From: Candidatus Hodarchaeota archaeon
Lineage (GTDB): Archaea > Asgardarchaeota > Lokiarchaeia > Sigyniarchaeales > SOKP01
Length of the DNA stretch: 64,000 nt
NCBI GenBank assembly: GCA_048887225.1
Contig: JBHLJY010000004.1
Span: 32,001 to 96,000, forward strand
Direction of reading: 5' to 3'
Of the stretch, positions 1 to 9,554 are shown piece after piece. The translations under genes were made by a program, and so were the position numbers. How positions within the stretch are numbered: position 1 is the stretch's first letter; each line of letters opens with the position of its first letter. Below the pieces are notes generated by a model. That model saw nothing but the letters and a program-made list of their open reading frames with translations, was not told where the DNA came from and ran no database searches.

Positions 1-1
1 A

Positions 2-466
2 AAAAGACCGTCGTTTAGAAGAGTTGAATCTTGGCGTTACGTTAGAGTTAAGGATTCGTGGAGAAAAGCAAGAGGTATAGATTCACAAACGAGGAAAAAA
101 ACTAAAACAGGTGTAAAATCTCCATCAGTTGGATATAGAAATCCTAAAAAAATACGAGGTTTACACCCGTCTGGCTACGAAGAGGTAAGATTAAATAATA
201 AAAACGACATAGAGAGGTTAAATTTAAGTCCAAAAAAACATGCTTTAAAGATTTCTGGTAAGTTAGGGGCAAAAAAACGATTAGAATTAATAGATTATGC
301 ACAAAAAAGAAATTTTCATATACTTAATATTGGAATTTCTCAAAAGGAGATAGAAGAATTTGAAGCTATGTTGGAGTCTCCTATTGAGGAGTTAGAAGAA
401 GAAGAGTTTCTTGAAGAGGAAGAACTTGATATTGATGAATTAGATGAAGATCAAAAAAAGGGATGA
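2..466 (+). CDS. rpl32e: 50S ribosomal protein eL32 (5'-truncated by window edge), with acidic C-terminal tail
   Basis: Manual translation from nt 2: KRPSFRRVESWRYVRVKDSWRKARGIDS...VGYRNPKKIRGLHPSGYEE; stop TGA at 464-466; lies upstream of L19e as in the archaeal spc operon. Confidence 0.95.
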   Translation, partial: KRPSFRRVESWRYVRVKDSWRKARGIDSQTRKKTKTGVKSPSVGYRNPKKIRGLHPSGYEEVRLNNKNDIERLNLSPKKHALKISGKLGAKKRLELIDYAQKRNFHILNIGISQKEIEEFEAMLESPIEELEEEEFLEEEELDIDELDEDQKKG

Positions 467-470
467 TAAA

Positions 471-926
471 ATGAATTTAAATGCTCAGAGAAGAATGGCA
501 GCGGAAATTTTAAAATGTGGTGTAAATCGAGTCTATTTTGATCCATACCTCGGGGAAGAAATTGCTATGGCAATTACTAGAGAGGATATTCGCAACTTAA
601 TTAAAGAGGGGATTATCCAAAAGCGATATAAAAAAGGGATTTCAAGTTATAGAAAAAAAATTCGGCATCAAAGAAAAAAAAAAGGTTTAGCGAGAGGTTT
701 GGGAAAAAGAAAAGGAACAAAACACGCAAGACTTCCAAAAAAAGAAGTGTGGATTAGAAGGATTAGACCAATTAGAAAAGAATTAAAAAAACTTAGAGAC
801 CGGAAATTAATAACAACTCCAACTTATCGAAAATTATACAAAAAAGCAAAAGGAGGAATATTTAACAGCGTTTCTCAATTAAATCGCTATATTAAAGACA
901 AAGAATTATTTAGGAGAGGGAGGTAA
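471..926 (+). CDS. rpl19e: 50S ribosomal protein eL19
   Basis: MNLNAQRRMAAEILKCGVNRVYFDP...AITREDIRNLIKEG; ATG 471 preferred over 444, which overlaps eL32. Confidence 0.96.
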   Translation: MNLNAQRRMAAEILKCGVNRVYFDPYLGEEIAMAITREDIRNLIKEGIIQKRYKKGISSYRKKIRHQRKKKGLARGLGKRKGTKHARLPKKEVWIRRIRPIRKELKKLRDRKLITTPTYRKLYKKAKGGIFNSVSQLNRYIKDKELFRRGR

Positions 927-927
927 A

Positions 928-1521
928 ATGGCTCGCGGGCCACGATATAGAAGATCATTTAGAAGAAGAGAACTGGGAAAAACAAATTACTATAAAAGAT
1001 TAAAACTTTTAAAGTCAAGAATATTGAGATTGGTTATTAGAATTTCTAATAGCCATGTAAGAGTTCAATTTATTGAGTCTAAGAGAGGCGGAGATAAAGT
1101 ATTAATATCTGCTTTTTCCAAAGAATTATCTAAAAAGTTTGGATATAATGCTAATACTGGTAACATTCCTGCGGCATATTTAACTGGTTATCTAGCAGGG
1201 TTAAGAGCAGAGAAAGCAAAGATTGATAACGCAATACTTGATTTAGGCATATTTTATCATAAAAATCGCGCTCTAGCTGCATTCAAAGGAGTTTTGAAAG
1301 CAGGGATTAATATTCCCTATCGTGAAGAGTTTTTCCCAGAAAGTTTAGAAGAAAGAATAAAAGGATCTCATATTGAAAATTATGCAAAATTATTAAAAAA
1401 AGATGAGCCAGAAAAATTCACTCAAATTTTTTCTGGATATTTAAATAAGAACAAAATAGATCCATTAAAAATAAACCAAATCTTTTCAAATACATTAAAG
1501 TTGATTGAAAACAACGCTTAA
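928..1521 (+). CDS. rpl18: 50S ribosomal protein uL18
   Basis: MARGPRYRRSFRRRELGKTNYYKRLKLL...NIPAAYLTGYLAG; operon position. Confidence 0.96.
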   Translation: MARGPRYRRSFRRRELGKTNYYKRLKLLKSRILRLVIRISNSHVRVQFIESKRGGDKVLISAFSKELSKKFGYNANTGNIPAAYLTGYLAGLRAEKAKIDNAILDLGIFYHKNRALAAFKGVLKAGINIPYREEFFPESLEERIKGSHIENYAKLLKKDEPEKFTQIFSGYLNKNKIDPLKINQIFSNTLKLIENNA

Positions 1522-1537
1522 TTCCATAATGATACCA

Positions 1538-2152
1538 ATGAGTCGATTAAGAAAAGTAGAAGAAGTATGGATTCCGAAGACTAAGCTAGGAGAATTAGTT
1601 AAAGAAGGATTAATAAACCTCGATCAAATTTATCAAAATAATCTAGTAGTTAAAGAAAAAGAAATAATCGATGTTCTTCTGCCACAACTCGCTGAAGATG
1701 TAATCATAATAAAAATGGTCCAGCAAATGACTGCTAGCGGACAAAAATCTAGATTCAAAGCCGTTGTAATCGTAGGTTCTGACGGATTTTTAGGTGTTGG
1801 CGCAGCAAAAAGTAGAGAAGTTGGTCCAGCAATCAGAAAAGCAATAGATAAAGCAAAACTTTCGGTGGTTCCAGTTTTAAGGGGTTGTGGTAGTAAAGAA
1901 TGTGGATGTGGTGGAACTCACAGTATCCCGTTTAAAGTTCAAGGAAAATGTGGAAGCATTAGAATTCAACTCATTCCCTCTCCAGCAGGCGTAGGATTAG
2001 CATGTGCAGATAAGGTTAAACAAGTATTAAAGTTGTGCGGTATCGAAGATATCTGGAGTAAAACTTTTGGAGATACCCGAACCAGCGAAAATCTAGTAAA
2101 AGCTACGTTTGATGCTCTTAAAAACGCTCATAAATTTAATTTTAATATTTAA
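1538..2152 (+). CDS. rps5: 30S ribosomal protein uS5
   Basis: WIPKTKLGELVK...GCGSKECGCGGTHSIPFKVQGKCGS...PAGVGL; start 1529 or 1538 more likely than 1505. Confidence 0.96.
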   Translation: MSRLRKVEEVWIPKTKLGELVKEGLINLDQIYQNNLVVKEKEIIDVLLPQLAEDVIIIKMVQQMTASGQKSRFKAVVIVGSDGFLGVGAAKSREVGPAIRKAIDKAKLSVVPVLRGCGSKECGCGGTHSIPFKVQGKCGSIRIQLIPSPAGVGLACADKVKQVLKLCGIEDIWSKTFGDTRTSENLVKATFDALKNAHKFNFNI

Positions 2153-2157
2153 ATTGA

Positions 2158-2694
2158 GTGGTTGAAATGGCCATGGTAAAAAAAAAACCAAAACTAAAAC
2201 AAGGAACAGATTTCACACCAAAACTTTTTTTCGCAATTCGAATAAGAGGTGCTCCAGGTATGAGAACAAAGATCCTTGATACATTAAAAATGCTAAGAAT
2301 GCATAAAATAAACCATGGCGTCTTGATATGGGCTGAAAAAAGTTATTGGGGTATGTTAAATAAATGTAAGGATTATATCGCTTACGGAGAAATTGAGGAG
2401 AAAACTTTAGTAAGGTTATTGAGAGTTAGAGGAAGGATTGAAGGAAATAAACCACTCACAGACGAACATATTAAAAATCTTACCGAATTTAAAACAGTAA
2501 AAGATTTTGCTAAAGCCTTATTAAATGGTAAGATACAATATAGAGAAAAAGATGTTTATAAACTCAAACCCGTTTTCAGAATGCATCCACCAAGAAAAGG
2601 TCATCGCGGATCAATAAAAAAACATTACCCTGAGGGTGGAACTCTTGGTAATGTTGGAGATTATATCAATATTTTAATCCATAAAATGCTATAA
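2158..2694 (+). CDS. rpl30: 50S ribosomal protein uL30
   Basis: AIRIRG...DTLKMLRMHKINH...FRMHPPRKG...GGTLG; exact start uncertain (2158/2167/2173). Confidence 0.95.
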   Translation: MVEMAMVKKKPKLKQGTDFTPKLFFAIRIRGAPGMRTKILDTLKMLRMHKINHGVLIWAEKSYWGMLNKCKDYIAYGEIEEKTLVRLLRVRGRIEGNKPLTDEHIKNLTEFKTVKDFAKALLNGKIQYREKDVYKLKPVFRMHPPRKGHRGSIKKHYPEGGTLGNVGDYINILIHKML

Positions 2695-2712
2695 TTGAGA
2701 ATGTGATGCTAT

Positions 2713-3177
2713 ATGAGAAAATTTTCTAAAAGAATTCGAAAAATGAGAGGTACTCGCACCTGTGGATATGGGAAAGTAGGACAACATCGAAAAACGGGTC
2801 AGCGTGCGGGAAGAGGTAAAACCACTCAATGGAAAAAAAGTAAAAGATCATTATATTTAAAACAAAAAGAACTCGGATTTCCAGACCCAGATTGGATAAT
2901 GGGAAAAAGAGGCTTTAAAAGACCTCAAGATATGGTCCGCCTTTCTAAAATTAATGCAATTAATGTTAAAGGTTTAGATTACAAAATTGAGAAAATTGCG
3001 ACAAAATCAGCTGATACTTATACAATAAATTTAGACGATCTCAATATTCAAAAACTACTAGGTCGGGGTCAGACTAACAAAAAAATTAATGTATCCGTCA
3101 AAAAAGCCTCTAAAAGAGCAATTGAAAAAATTGAAGCGGCTGGCGGTAGAGTTACTCTTCTCTCTGAAGCAAAATAA
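2713..3177 (+). CDS. rpl15: 50S ribosomal protein uL15
   Basis: RKMRGTRTCGYG...KLLGRG...ASKRAIEKIEAAGG. Confidence 0.95.
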   Translation: MRKFSKRIRKMRGTRTCGYGKVGQHRKTGQRAGRGKTTQWKKSKRSLYLKQKELGFPDPDWIMGKRGFKRPQDMVRLSKINAINVKGLDYKIEKIATKSADTYTINLDDLNIQKLLGRGQTNKKINVSVKKASKRAIEKIEAAGGRVTLLSEAK

Positions 3178-3271
3178 TTTAGTTCATGTTATTTCCTTTA
3201 CTTTTTCTCAAAACTAATGTTGGATTTTGAATCTTTAAATCAAATTTTAATGCGTAAGGCATTAATAAATT

Positions 3272-3910
3272 TTACGAGATATCCAGCATTTTGTATATCA
3301 ATTGGATTAATCCGGGCAAAATAAATATAAATCCAAGCATGTTTCCAATTAAATGTATCGTAGTGAACGGCAACCCTATAATGTAAGTGGGCCAAAACGA
3401 TTCGATTGATCCATAAAAAACTAACGCACCAATTAAAGTTGAAATAACATCAAAAGTAAATGTAATCAATGCTCCAATGATAGCAAAAGTTAATAAAATA
3501 GAAAATACATATAAATCCTCCTCGGGTTTAAAAAATTCTTTCTTACTTAAGAAATCACACATTACACCTCCTAACAATCCAACTGAAGCATAATGAGCTA
3601 ATTGATACGCAAATAAGGGTATAGGAGAAATCCCATAAGGATTAAAAAATACAAAAATGAATGAACTCATTATACCAACTATCGCACCATCTCGTTTACC
3701 CATTATAAAACCTGATAAAAATATCATTAAAGTGAATAACTCGATATTCGGAATAAACACCAATGCATAACCTAAAACTACTGCTAAAGCAGTAAAAATA
3801 CCTATCAGTGCAGATCGGAAAGACTTTCTCTCGAGCCATACTGTTTGACTTGATTTTTCCCCTTCTTTTATTAGATTTCTGTCCGATTTTTCTTTTGATT
3901 TTAAATCCAA
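3272..3910 (-). CDS. ECF transporter S component (CbrT-like, putative cobalamin)
   Basis: About six hydrophobic segments with an IPNIELFT motif and a C-terminal H-x-x-G-N; divergent from a DUF4430 gene. Confidence 0.75.
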   Translation of the reverse strand: MDLKSKEKSDRNLIKEGEKSSQTVWLERKSFRSALIGIFTALAVVLGYALVFIPNIELFTLMIFLSGFIMGKRDGAIVGIMSSFIFVFFNPYGISPIPLFAYQLAHYASVGLLGGVMCDFLSKKEFFKPEEDLYVFSILLTFAIIGALITFTFDVISTLIGALVFYGSIESFWPTYIIGLPFTTIHLIGNMLGFIFILPGLIQLIYKMLDIS

Positions 3911-4060
3911 AAATATTACCTTATGCTTGTTTTTAATAGTTCTAAGTTCAAATAGTCAAAACATTTTTAATTGATATAATATTTTTTTCTTTAAGAACTT
4001 TTAGGAAACTTATCCTATACTTTCGAAAAACAAGACCTCTAAACTTCTAATCACAACAAA

Positions 4061-5920
4061 ATGAAAAAAAATCTATTATTAATAGGACTATTCATCTTTA
4101 TAATGGCAATCGGAGCCATAATTTTTTACTCAACACTCCAAAATAATGGATTTGAGGAAGATACTATATCTTCTTCAAATCACATGTCTAAACCTAAATC
4201 AGCTTCTATTCCTTCAAATTATAGTCAAGATTTAGGTTTAGATGGTGTTTATATATATAATGTAACTGATTTCGGCGGACCTACGGGTTATTACAATTTT
4301 ACACCTTGGCCTGCACCCTCATTTGAAGGAAATTGGGAGGCAAAAACAGGCGGGCAAATCAAAATTAATTTTACAGGTTTTTACAATGAGAATCCACTAT
4401 GGTGGGGAGATATTTATTATGATTCAATTCCTTGGATGGACATTGAGATCATGAAGAATGATTCAGGTGTGCTAGTGAGTAATTTTACTTTAACAAATAG
4501 ATCGAATACTGAGATATCATATAACCTAATCCTCGGCTATAGTAGTTTTCAGCCAGGTTTTCTTATTCCTATTGATAATTTAACAAATATTAAGAAAATC
4601 GCGATTGAAGAAGCTCCTAAAGGTTACTTCTCAGGACAGTCTATTGTTGAAGAGTCTTTTCATTTTCTTCATATTGATTACGAGAACATAGGTGGAACGA
4701 CAACTAATTTACTTTATGATAAATCGACTGGTTTATTAGTTTGGGCAAAACTATCCTTGGGAGGATATCAAATGGAAATAAAATCACTGAACCTTACTTA
4801 TAATTTAGATTTAACATATAATTATACTGTAAGCGAGTATGGTGAGCCTTTAAAATGGTTTAATTTATCAGGTGATTTCAGAGGAAATGTAAATACTAAT
4901 GTGACTGGTATAGTCAGAGTTAATTTTACGGGCAATTACGACAAAGAAGTTAATGATGAAAGTATTTTTGATAACCCTATTCCTTGGATAAATATAGCTT
5001 TTATTGAAAATAATACTGGAATTTTGAATACTAATTTTACTCTAAGTAATATATCTAATAGTGAAGCAGCGATTAATCTTCAATTAGGATTTAATAATTT
5101 TAGCTCCGGATTTCTTATTCCTACTGATAATATAACATCCTTAATTAATAATGCCACCAATGAATACTTAAGAAATCCATCAAACTGTCTTATTTTTATA
5201 GCTGAAGAAACAGGATTAACAGTTAAATTCATTTTCATAGAAACAGGCGGAGTTAATTTCACTTCCATTATTTATGATAAATTCACAGGTCTTTTAATGT
5301 CGATGAGAACAGTTTCTGGAGATTTCTTGCTCGATATGGAGATAGTTTTATATTATGAAGAATCTGATACAGTTCCACCTCCCAATCCATATTCTAAAAC
5401 AGTTTATGACACAGAAGAGGAAAAAGGAGATAGAGAATTTGCTAATTTTATAGTGCCGTTTTTACTATTAGGATTTGGTGCTGGAGCGTCAATTGGGTTG
5501 CTAATATGGAAAAAAGACATTAAAACACTAAAATACTTATTCACTGGAATTTTGGGCTCTTTATGCTTTAGTTCTCTTATCTTTTTTAATTATTGGCTTA
5601 CAACGGGTATTGCTTCCACTGATGAGACTGAAACACCTTCTGAAGTTGTAGAACATATTACCTTAATCGTAGAATTTGCAGATGATAACATAAAAAGATG
5701 GGAAGATTTTACACTTTATGGAGGTAAAACCACCGTATTAGATGCTTTAGATAAGTATTGTGATATAGAATATGATGATTATGGATGGGGTGTATTAGTT
5801 ACTGAGATAGATGGTATAGAGGGTGACTGGTTATACGAAGTTAATGGTGAAAAACCAAGTCATGGAGCCGATAAGCATTATCTCAGGGATGGAGATGAAA
5901 TTAAATGGGTTTTGCAATAA
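4061..5920 (+). CDS. Membrane-anchored surface protein: two ~185-aa repeats, 2 TM segments and a C-terminal DUF4430 (transcobalamin-C-like) domain
   Basis: Internal repeat (INFTGFY..IPW..NFTL.N.SN.E..GFLIP.DN..YDK.TGLL, twice); C-terminus TVLDALD...GVLVTEIDGI...WLYEVNGE..HGADKHYLRDGDEIKW. Confidence 0.75.
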   Translation: MKKNLLLIGLFIFIMAIGAIIFYSTLQNNGFEEDTISSSNHMSKPKSASIPSNYSQDLGLDGVYIYNVTDFGGPTGYYNFTPWPAPSFEGNWEAKTGGQIKINFTGFYNENPLWWGDIYYDSIPWMDIEIMKNDSGVLVSNFTLTNRSNTEISYNLILGYSSFQPGFLIPIDNLTNIKKIAIEEAPKGYFSGQSIVEESFHFLHIDYENIGGTTTNLLYDKSTGLLVWAKLSLGGYQMEIKSLNLTYNLDLTYNYTVSEYGEPLKWFNLSGDFRGNVNTNVTGIVRVNFTGNYDKEVNDESIFDNPIPWINIAFIENNTGILNTNFTLSNISNSEAAINLQLGFNNFSSGFLIPTDNITSLINNATNEYLRNPSNCLIFIAEETGLTVKFIFIETGGVNFTSIIYDKFTGLLMSMRTVSGDFLLDMEIVLYYEESDTVPPPNPYSKTVYDTEEEKGDREFANFIVPFLLLGFGAGASIGLLIWKKDIKTLKYLFTGILGSLCFSSLIFFNYWLTTGIASTDETETPSEVVEHITLIVEFADDNIKRWEDFTLYGGKTTVLDALDKYCDIEYDDYGWGVLVTEIDGIEGDWLYEVNGEKPSHGADKHYLRDGDEIKWVLQ

Positions 5921-5978
5921 ATAATTTTTGTTTTTCTAAAAGAAGAAGATTAATCTTCCATATTTCAAATTAAAGATA

Positions 5979-6407
5979 TTATTTACGTGCTATTTCCTTT
6001 AGAATTGGATCCATTATCTTGAATGCCTTTTTGACCTTATGGACATAATAACCAAGTTTAAAAGTTTTTTTACAGTTGGTAAATAGCATAAAATCGTTAT
6101 CTTTATCACCTACTAATATGATAGTGTAACCTTGAGTGCCTTTAATTAAGATTTCTTTTAATTCGCCTTGATTTAGTCCTTCACTAATTTTCTCACCTAA
6201 CGAGATTAAAGTGGCAGGACTTGCACTATAAATATCCGCGACCACATCTGCAGTCTCTGAACTAGCAACTCTTAAACCAGTCTTAGAAACTATTGCAGTA
6301 CCTTCTAAATCAGTGCTACTTTCAAGTGTTTCTAACGCACGCATTAAATCGTCTAATATCTCTTGATTTATCTCGTATTCTTTCTGTGATCCTTGCATAT
6401 TTTCCAT
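5979..6407 (-). CDS. Roadblock/LC7 (MglB/LAMTOR-like) domain protein
   Basis: AIVSKTGLRVAS...ATLISLGEKISEGLNQGELKEILIKGTQGYTIIL matches the roadblock pattern. Confidence 0.85.
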   Translation of the reverse strand: MENMQGSQKEYEINQEILDDLMRALETLESSTDLEGTAIVSKTGLRVASSETADVVADIYSASPATLISLGEKISEGLNQGELKEILIKGTQGYTIILVGDKDNDFMLFTNCKKTFKLGYYVHKVKKAFKIMDPILKEIARK

Positions 6408-6447
6408 TTAAACAACCTCACTTATTAATATTATAATTTTTGGTAAT

Positions 6448-7863
6448 TTAAATTTTTTTTATACTAAAACTTCTCAATTCTTTTAACAAAACTGGATCCC
6501 CCTTTGATACTTCTATATCTTTACTTTCAATTCCGACAATCACAGCTCCTTTTGTTCCAAATGTTCCAAGAATTTTTGTAAAAGGTGGCTCCAGCTGCCT
6601 TCCTACTATTTTTTTTGCTCCAGCAGCACTTTGTGCTAAACCTGTACTAATTATCCCTTGAGAATGATCTGGATTTTTAATATATCCTTTTTTTACCTTG
6701 TATTTATAGAATTGCGGAGATACTGAATGAATTTTTGTCAATTCTGCGGACCCTAATATTCTAAGTGTGGTTGGCGGTAAGTCTAATCGACTTAGAAGCA
6801 TTATTTTTTTTTTTCTAATTAAAACCTTTTCTTTTAGCCATAAAAAAGCTTTAAATCCCTTATCTTTATTAGTTGCAATTTTTTGAATCTTTTTACCATC
6901 TAATTCATAATAAGGATAAAGATTTCCTATAACTGTATGCATTCCTATAGTAACATGAACTTGCGTTCCAAAATGAGTTTCAGGTTTGAATAAATTATTA
7001 TTATTTACTCTAACTTCGAGAATTTCCCCATAATCAAAAGCTTCGGGATTATTGGTAGCATAACACCCTCTATATATTTTCTTAACATCTAAATTTTTTA
7101 TATTTATTCCTACTCTATCTCCAGCTTTAGCATTTTCTACATTTTCATGAAATATTTGAATTGATTTTACTCTGCCTGAGGTATTTATGGGCAATACAAT
7201 TAAATTATCATTTATTTTCACTTGACCCTTTAATATAGTACCTGTTATAATAGCTCCCATACCCTTAATTGAAAAATGATGGTCTATAGGGATAATAATA
7301 GGCTCATCCAAATCTCTTTTAATTTTTATAGGTTTGATTGTTTCAAGGATACCTTTCTTTAATTCATTAAATCCAGTTTTTTCTTTGGCAGATATAGCAA
7401 ATATAGGTATATTTGAACCGAAAGAAGTTGAATTAAAAAAATTTCTCGTATTTTTAATTTGTTCCTCAATATTTCCTTTAAATAAATCAGTTTTATTTAA
7501 GACAACTAATATTTTTTGGATTCCAAGCGACTCAATCATAATGAGATGTTCGCCAGTTTGAACTTGCGGACCTTTATTTATATCTATTACAACTATCGCA
7601 AGATCTATAATTTCGACAGATGAAGCGCTAATCCTAATCAAATCAGCATGTCCAGGTCCATCAACTAAAGTTATTAGATATTTATCCAAGATAAAGCTTG
7701 TAAACCCCAAATCGATAGTAATACCTCTTTCCTTACTTTGAGGATGAGCATCAATACCGGCGGTAGATATAATTTCACTTAAAACTGCGGCAATTGCAGT
7801 TTTACCAGAATCGATATGACCGAATAATCCAAGATGTACTGGAATTTTTTTTTCAAGATCCAT
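6448..7863 (-). CDS. selB: Selenocysteine-specific translation elongation factor SelB/eEFSec
   Basis: GHIDSGKT, QSKERGITIDLGF, DGPGH, QTGEHL, NKTD, IDHHFSIKGMG; archaeal-type domain IV (GTFGTKG); tRNA-Sec and SepSecS nearby. Confidence 0.93.
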   Translation of the reverse strand: MDLEKKIPVHLGLFGHIDSGKTAIAAVLSEIISTAGIDAHPQSKERGITIDLGFTSFILDKYLITLVDGPGHADLIRISASSVEIIDLAIVVIDINKGPQVQTGEHLIMIESLGIQKILVVLNKTDLFKGNIEEQIKNTRNFFNSTSFGSNIPIFAISAKEKTGFNELKKGILETIKPIKIKRDLDEPIIIPIDHHFSIKGMGAIITGTILKGQVKINDNLIVLPINTSGRVKSIQIFHENVENAKAGDRVGINIKNLDVKKIYRGCYATNNPEAFDYGEILEVRVNNNNLFKPETHFGTQVHVTIGMHTVIGNLYPYYELDGKKIQKIATNKDKGFKAFLWLKEKVLIRKKKIMLLSRLDLPPTTLRILGSAELTKIHSVSPQFYKYKVKKGYIKNPDHSQGIISTGLAQSAAGAKKIVGRQLEPPFTKILGTFGTKGAVIVGIESKDIEVSKGDPVLLKELRSFSIKKI

Positions 7864-8057
7864 TGCTAAACTTAGTTTAAAAAAAGTAATGAATTGTTAT
7901 AAATTATAAATTCTTTCTTAAAATTTAAAAAATTTTCACGATATAAGTAAAAGATAAACATCAAAATTTGGACTCGTGTAATTTTATTTATAAAAATTTT
8001 AATTAAAAATATAATATAATATAATGTTAAAAATAACCCTATAGAGTTAATAAAATC

Positions 8058-8966
8058 ATGCCAAAATTTTGCGTTTACTGTGGTAAAGAAATTAAAGGGA
8101 CAGATAAATTTTGCATCCATTGTGGAAAACCATTGCTTACTGATCTTCCTAAAACCGATGAAAAATCAGATTTAACGGTTTCTGAAGATTTAAAAAAAAT
8201 CACATCTGAGAAAAAGCAAAAAAAGAAAGCAAAAAAAGAAAAAGTTGAAGAAAAGGTAGAAGAAGAGGAAATTGAAGAAGTAATTGAAGAGGAAATTGAA
8301 GAAGTAATTGAAGAGGAAATTGAAGAAAAGAAAAAAGAAAAAAAAGAAAAAGAAGTAAAATCCCTTCCAGATGACGTAAAAGAACATATAGAAATCCATC
8401 TTCAACTTAATGCTATACGGGAAAAAAAGAAAACATTAGCAGAAAAGTTGATGGAGTTACAAAAAATGGTTAAAAGTCCACAGTACGATACTGATTTTGA
8501 ATTTGGAGAAAAGATTAATGTTCAATTAAAAGCAGTTAAATCACTCATTGAAGAAGTGAAACAAAAGGAGAACGAATTACAACAAAGGGTTAAAAGTAAA
8601 TTTATTGTAGAGAAATTAAACATGGATATTGCGATTAAAAGAGACCAACTTAAAAACCTAATGAGAGAGCACAAACTAAAAAAAATTAGAGATAAAGATG
8701 TCGTTAAAAAATTAAAAGAGAAATACACACAAGAATTAGAAGAACTAATTAATCAAAAAGAAGAATTAGTTGCAGGAATATTTAAATGGATTGAAGAGAT
8801 TATTGATGAAAAAAACGAGTTAACAATTGAAAGCAAATTTAATAAGGCACGATTTTCTTCTAAAGAAATTTCGGAAGATGTATTTAAAGAAAAAGACAAT
8901 GAATTTGAAAAGCAAATAAATAAATTGAGTGGCAAAATCAATACTTTAAAAAAATTAATAAAATAA
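8058..8966 (+). CDS. Zinc-ribbon protein with acidic linker and long coiled coil
   Basis: N-terminal CVYCG...CIHCG; EEEIEEVI repeats; heptad-rich C-terminal half. Confidence 0.7.
   Translation: MPKFCVYCGKEIKGTDKFCIHCGKPLLTDLPKTDEKSDLTVSEDLKKITSEKKQKKKAKKEKVEEKVEEEEIEEVIEEEIEEVIEEEIEEKKKEKKEKEVKSLPDDVKEHIEIHLQLNAIREKKKTLAEKLMELQKMVKSPQYDTDFEFGEKINVQLKAVKSLIEEVKQKENELQQRVKSKFIVEKLNMDIAIKRDQLKNLMREHKLKKIRDKDVVKKLKEKYTQELEELINQKEELVAGIFKWIEEIIDEKNELTIESKFNKARFSSKEISEDVFKEKDNEFEKQINKLSGKINTLKKLIK
8262..8327 (+). repeat. 24-bp in-frame tandem repeat (about 2.75 copies) encoding EEEIEEVI
   Basis: gaagaggaaattgaagaagtaatt at 8262 and 8286, partial copy at 8310. Confidence 0.85.
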
Positions 8967-9016
8967 GTTAAGAGAAAATTTTAATTGTTTTTTATTATTT
9001 TTAAATTTGATAAAAA

Positions 9017-9154
9017 ATGAGAAAGAAATTAATAGCTTTTATAATACTACTCATAGCCTTGTCTTTTTTAGTTATAGGGATACTTGAAGCTCAGATAGCA
9101 CTTATAGATCCATTTTACGAGGAGATGTCAAGTTTTCAAGCGTTTGGATCTTAA
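9017..9154 (+). CDS. Small single-TM protein (45 aa; not in ORF track)
   Basis: MRKKLIAFIILLIALSFLVIGILEAQIALIDPFYEEMSSFQAFGS*; fills the intergenic gap with a basic-then-hydrophobic N-terminus. Confidence 0.55.
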   Translation: MRKKLIAFIILLIALSFLVIGILEAQIALIDPFYEEMSSFQAFGS

Positions 9155-9183
9155 ATTTTATACTTATTTTTAAAATTTCAATT

Positions 9184-9483
9184 TTAATCCCATCGTCCTT
9201 TTTTTATAGTGGCGGAATCTTCTAAAAAACCTTTTTTTTGGATTAGCTTTTCGTCGGATTTTCTTACTTTATTAGCCATTTTGTAGTGTTTTTTACAGAA
9301 AAAAACTTTGTGAAGTCTATTCTCATCTAACTTTAATCCTGCTTTTTCACAAACTTTTGACCATTTTTTTTCTGAGAGAGAACGTATAGCTATCTCACCA
9401 CATTCTTTTACAGAACACTCTCTTGCTTTACTAGCCGGTCCACTAAGATCTCTTTTCTCTCTAAGTTCTTTCGGAAGTTTCAT
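9184..9483 (-). CDS. Small basic C2CH zinc-finger protein (THAP-like spacing)
   Basis: CSVKEC-x34-CKKH with an internal KKW. Confidence 0.6.
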   Translation of the reverse strand: MKLPKELREKRDLSGPASKARECSVKECGEIAIRSLSEKKWSKVCEKAGLKLDENRLHKVFFCKKHYKMANKVRKSDEKLIQKKGFLEDSATIKKGRWD

Positions 9484-9554
9484 AGCAATTCAATCGGTAA
9501 ACATTTTATTAGAATAAATATTAAGTTTTGTAAATAACTAATATCTTAAAATTT

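Noticed and set aside
7872-8941. Phe-rich minus-strand ORFs
   Set aside because: Mirror of A-rich Lys/Glu codons and AT-rich intergenic DNA
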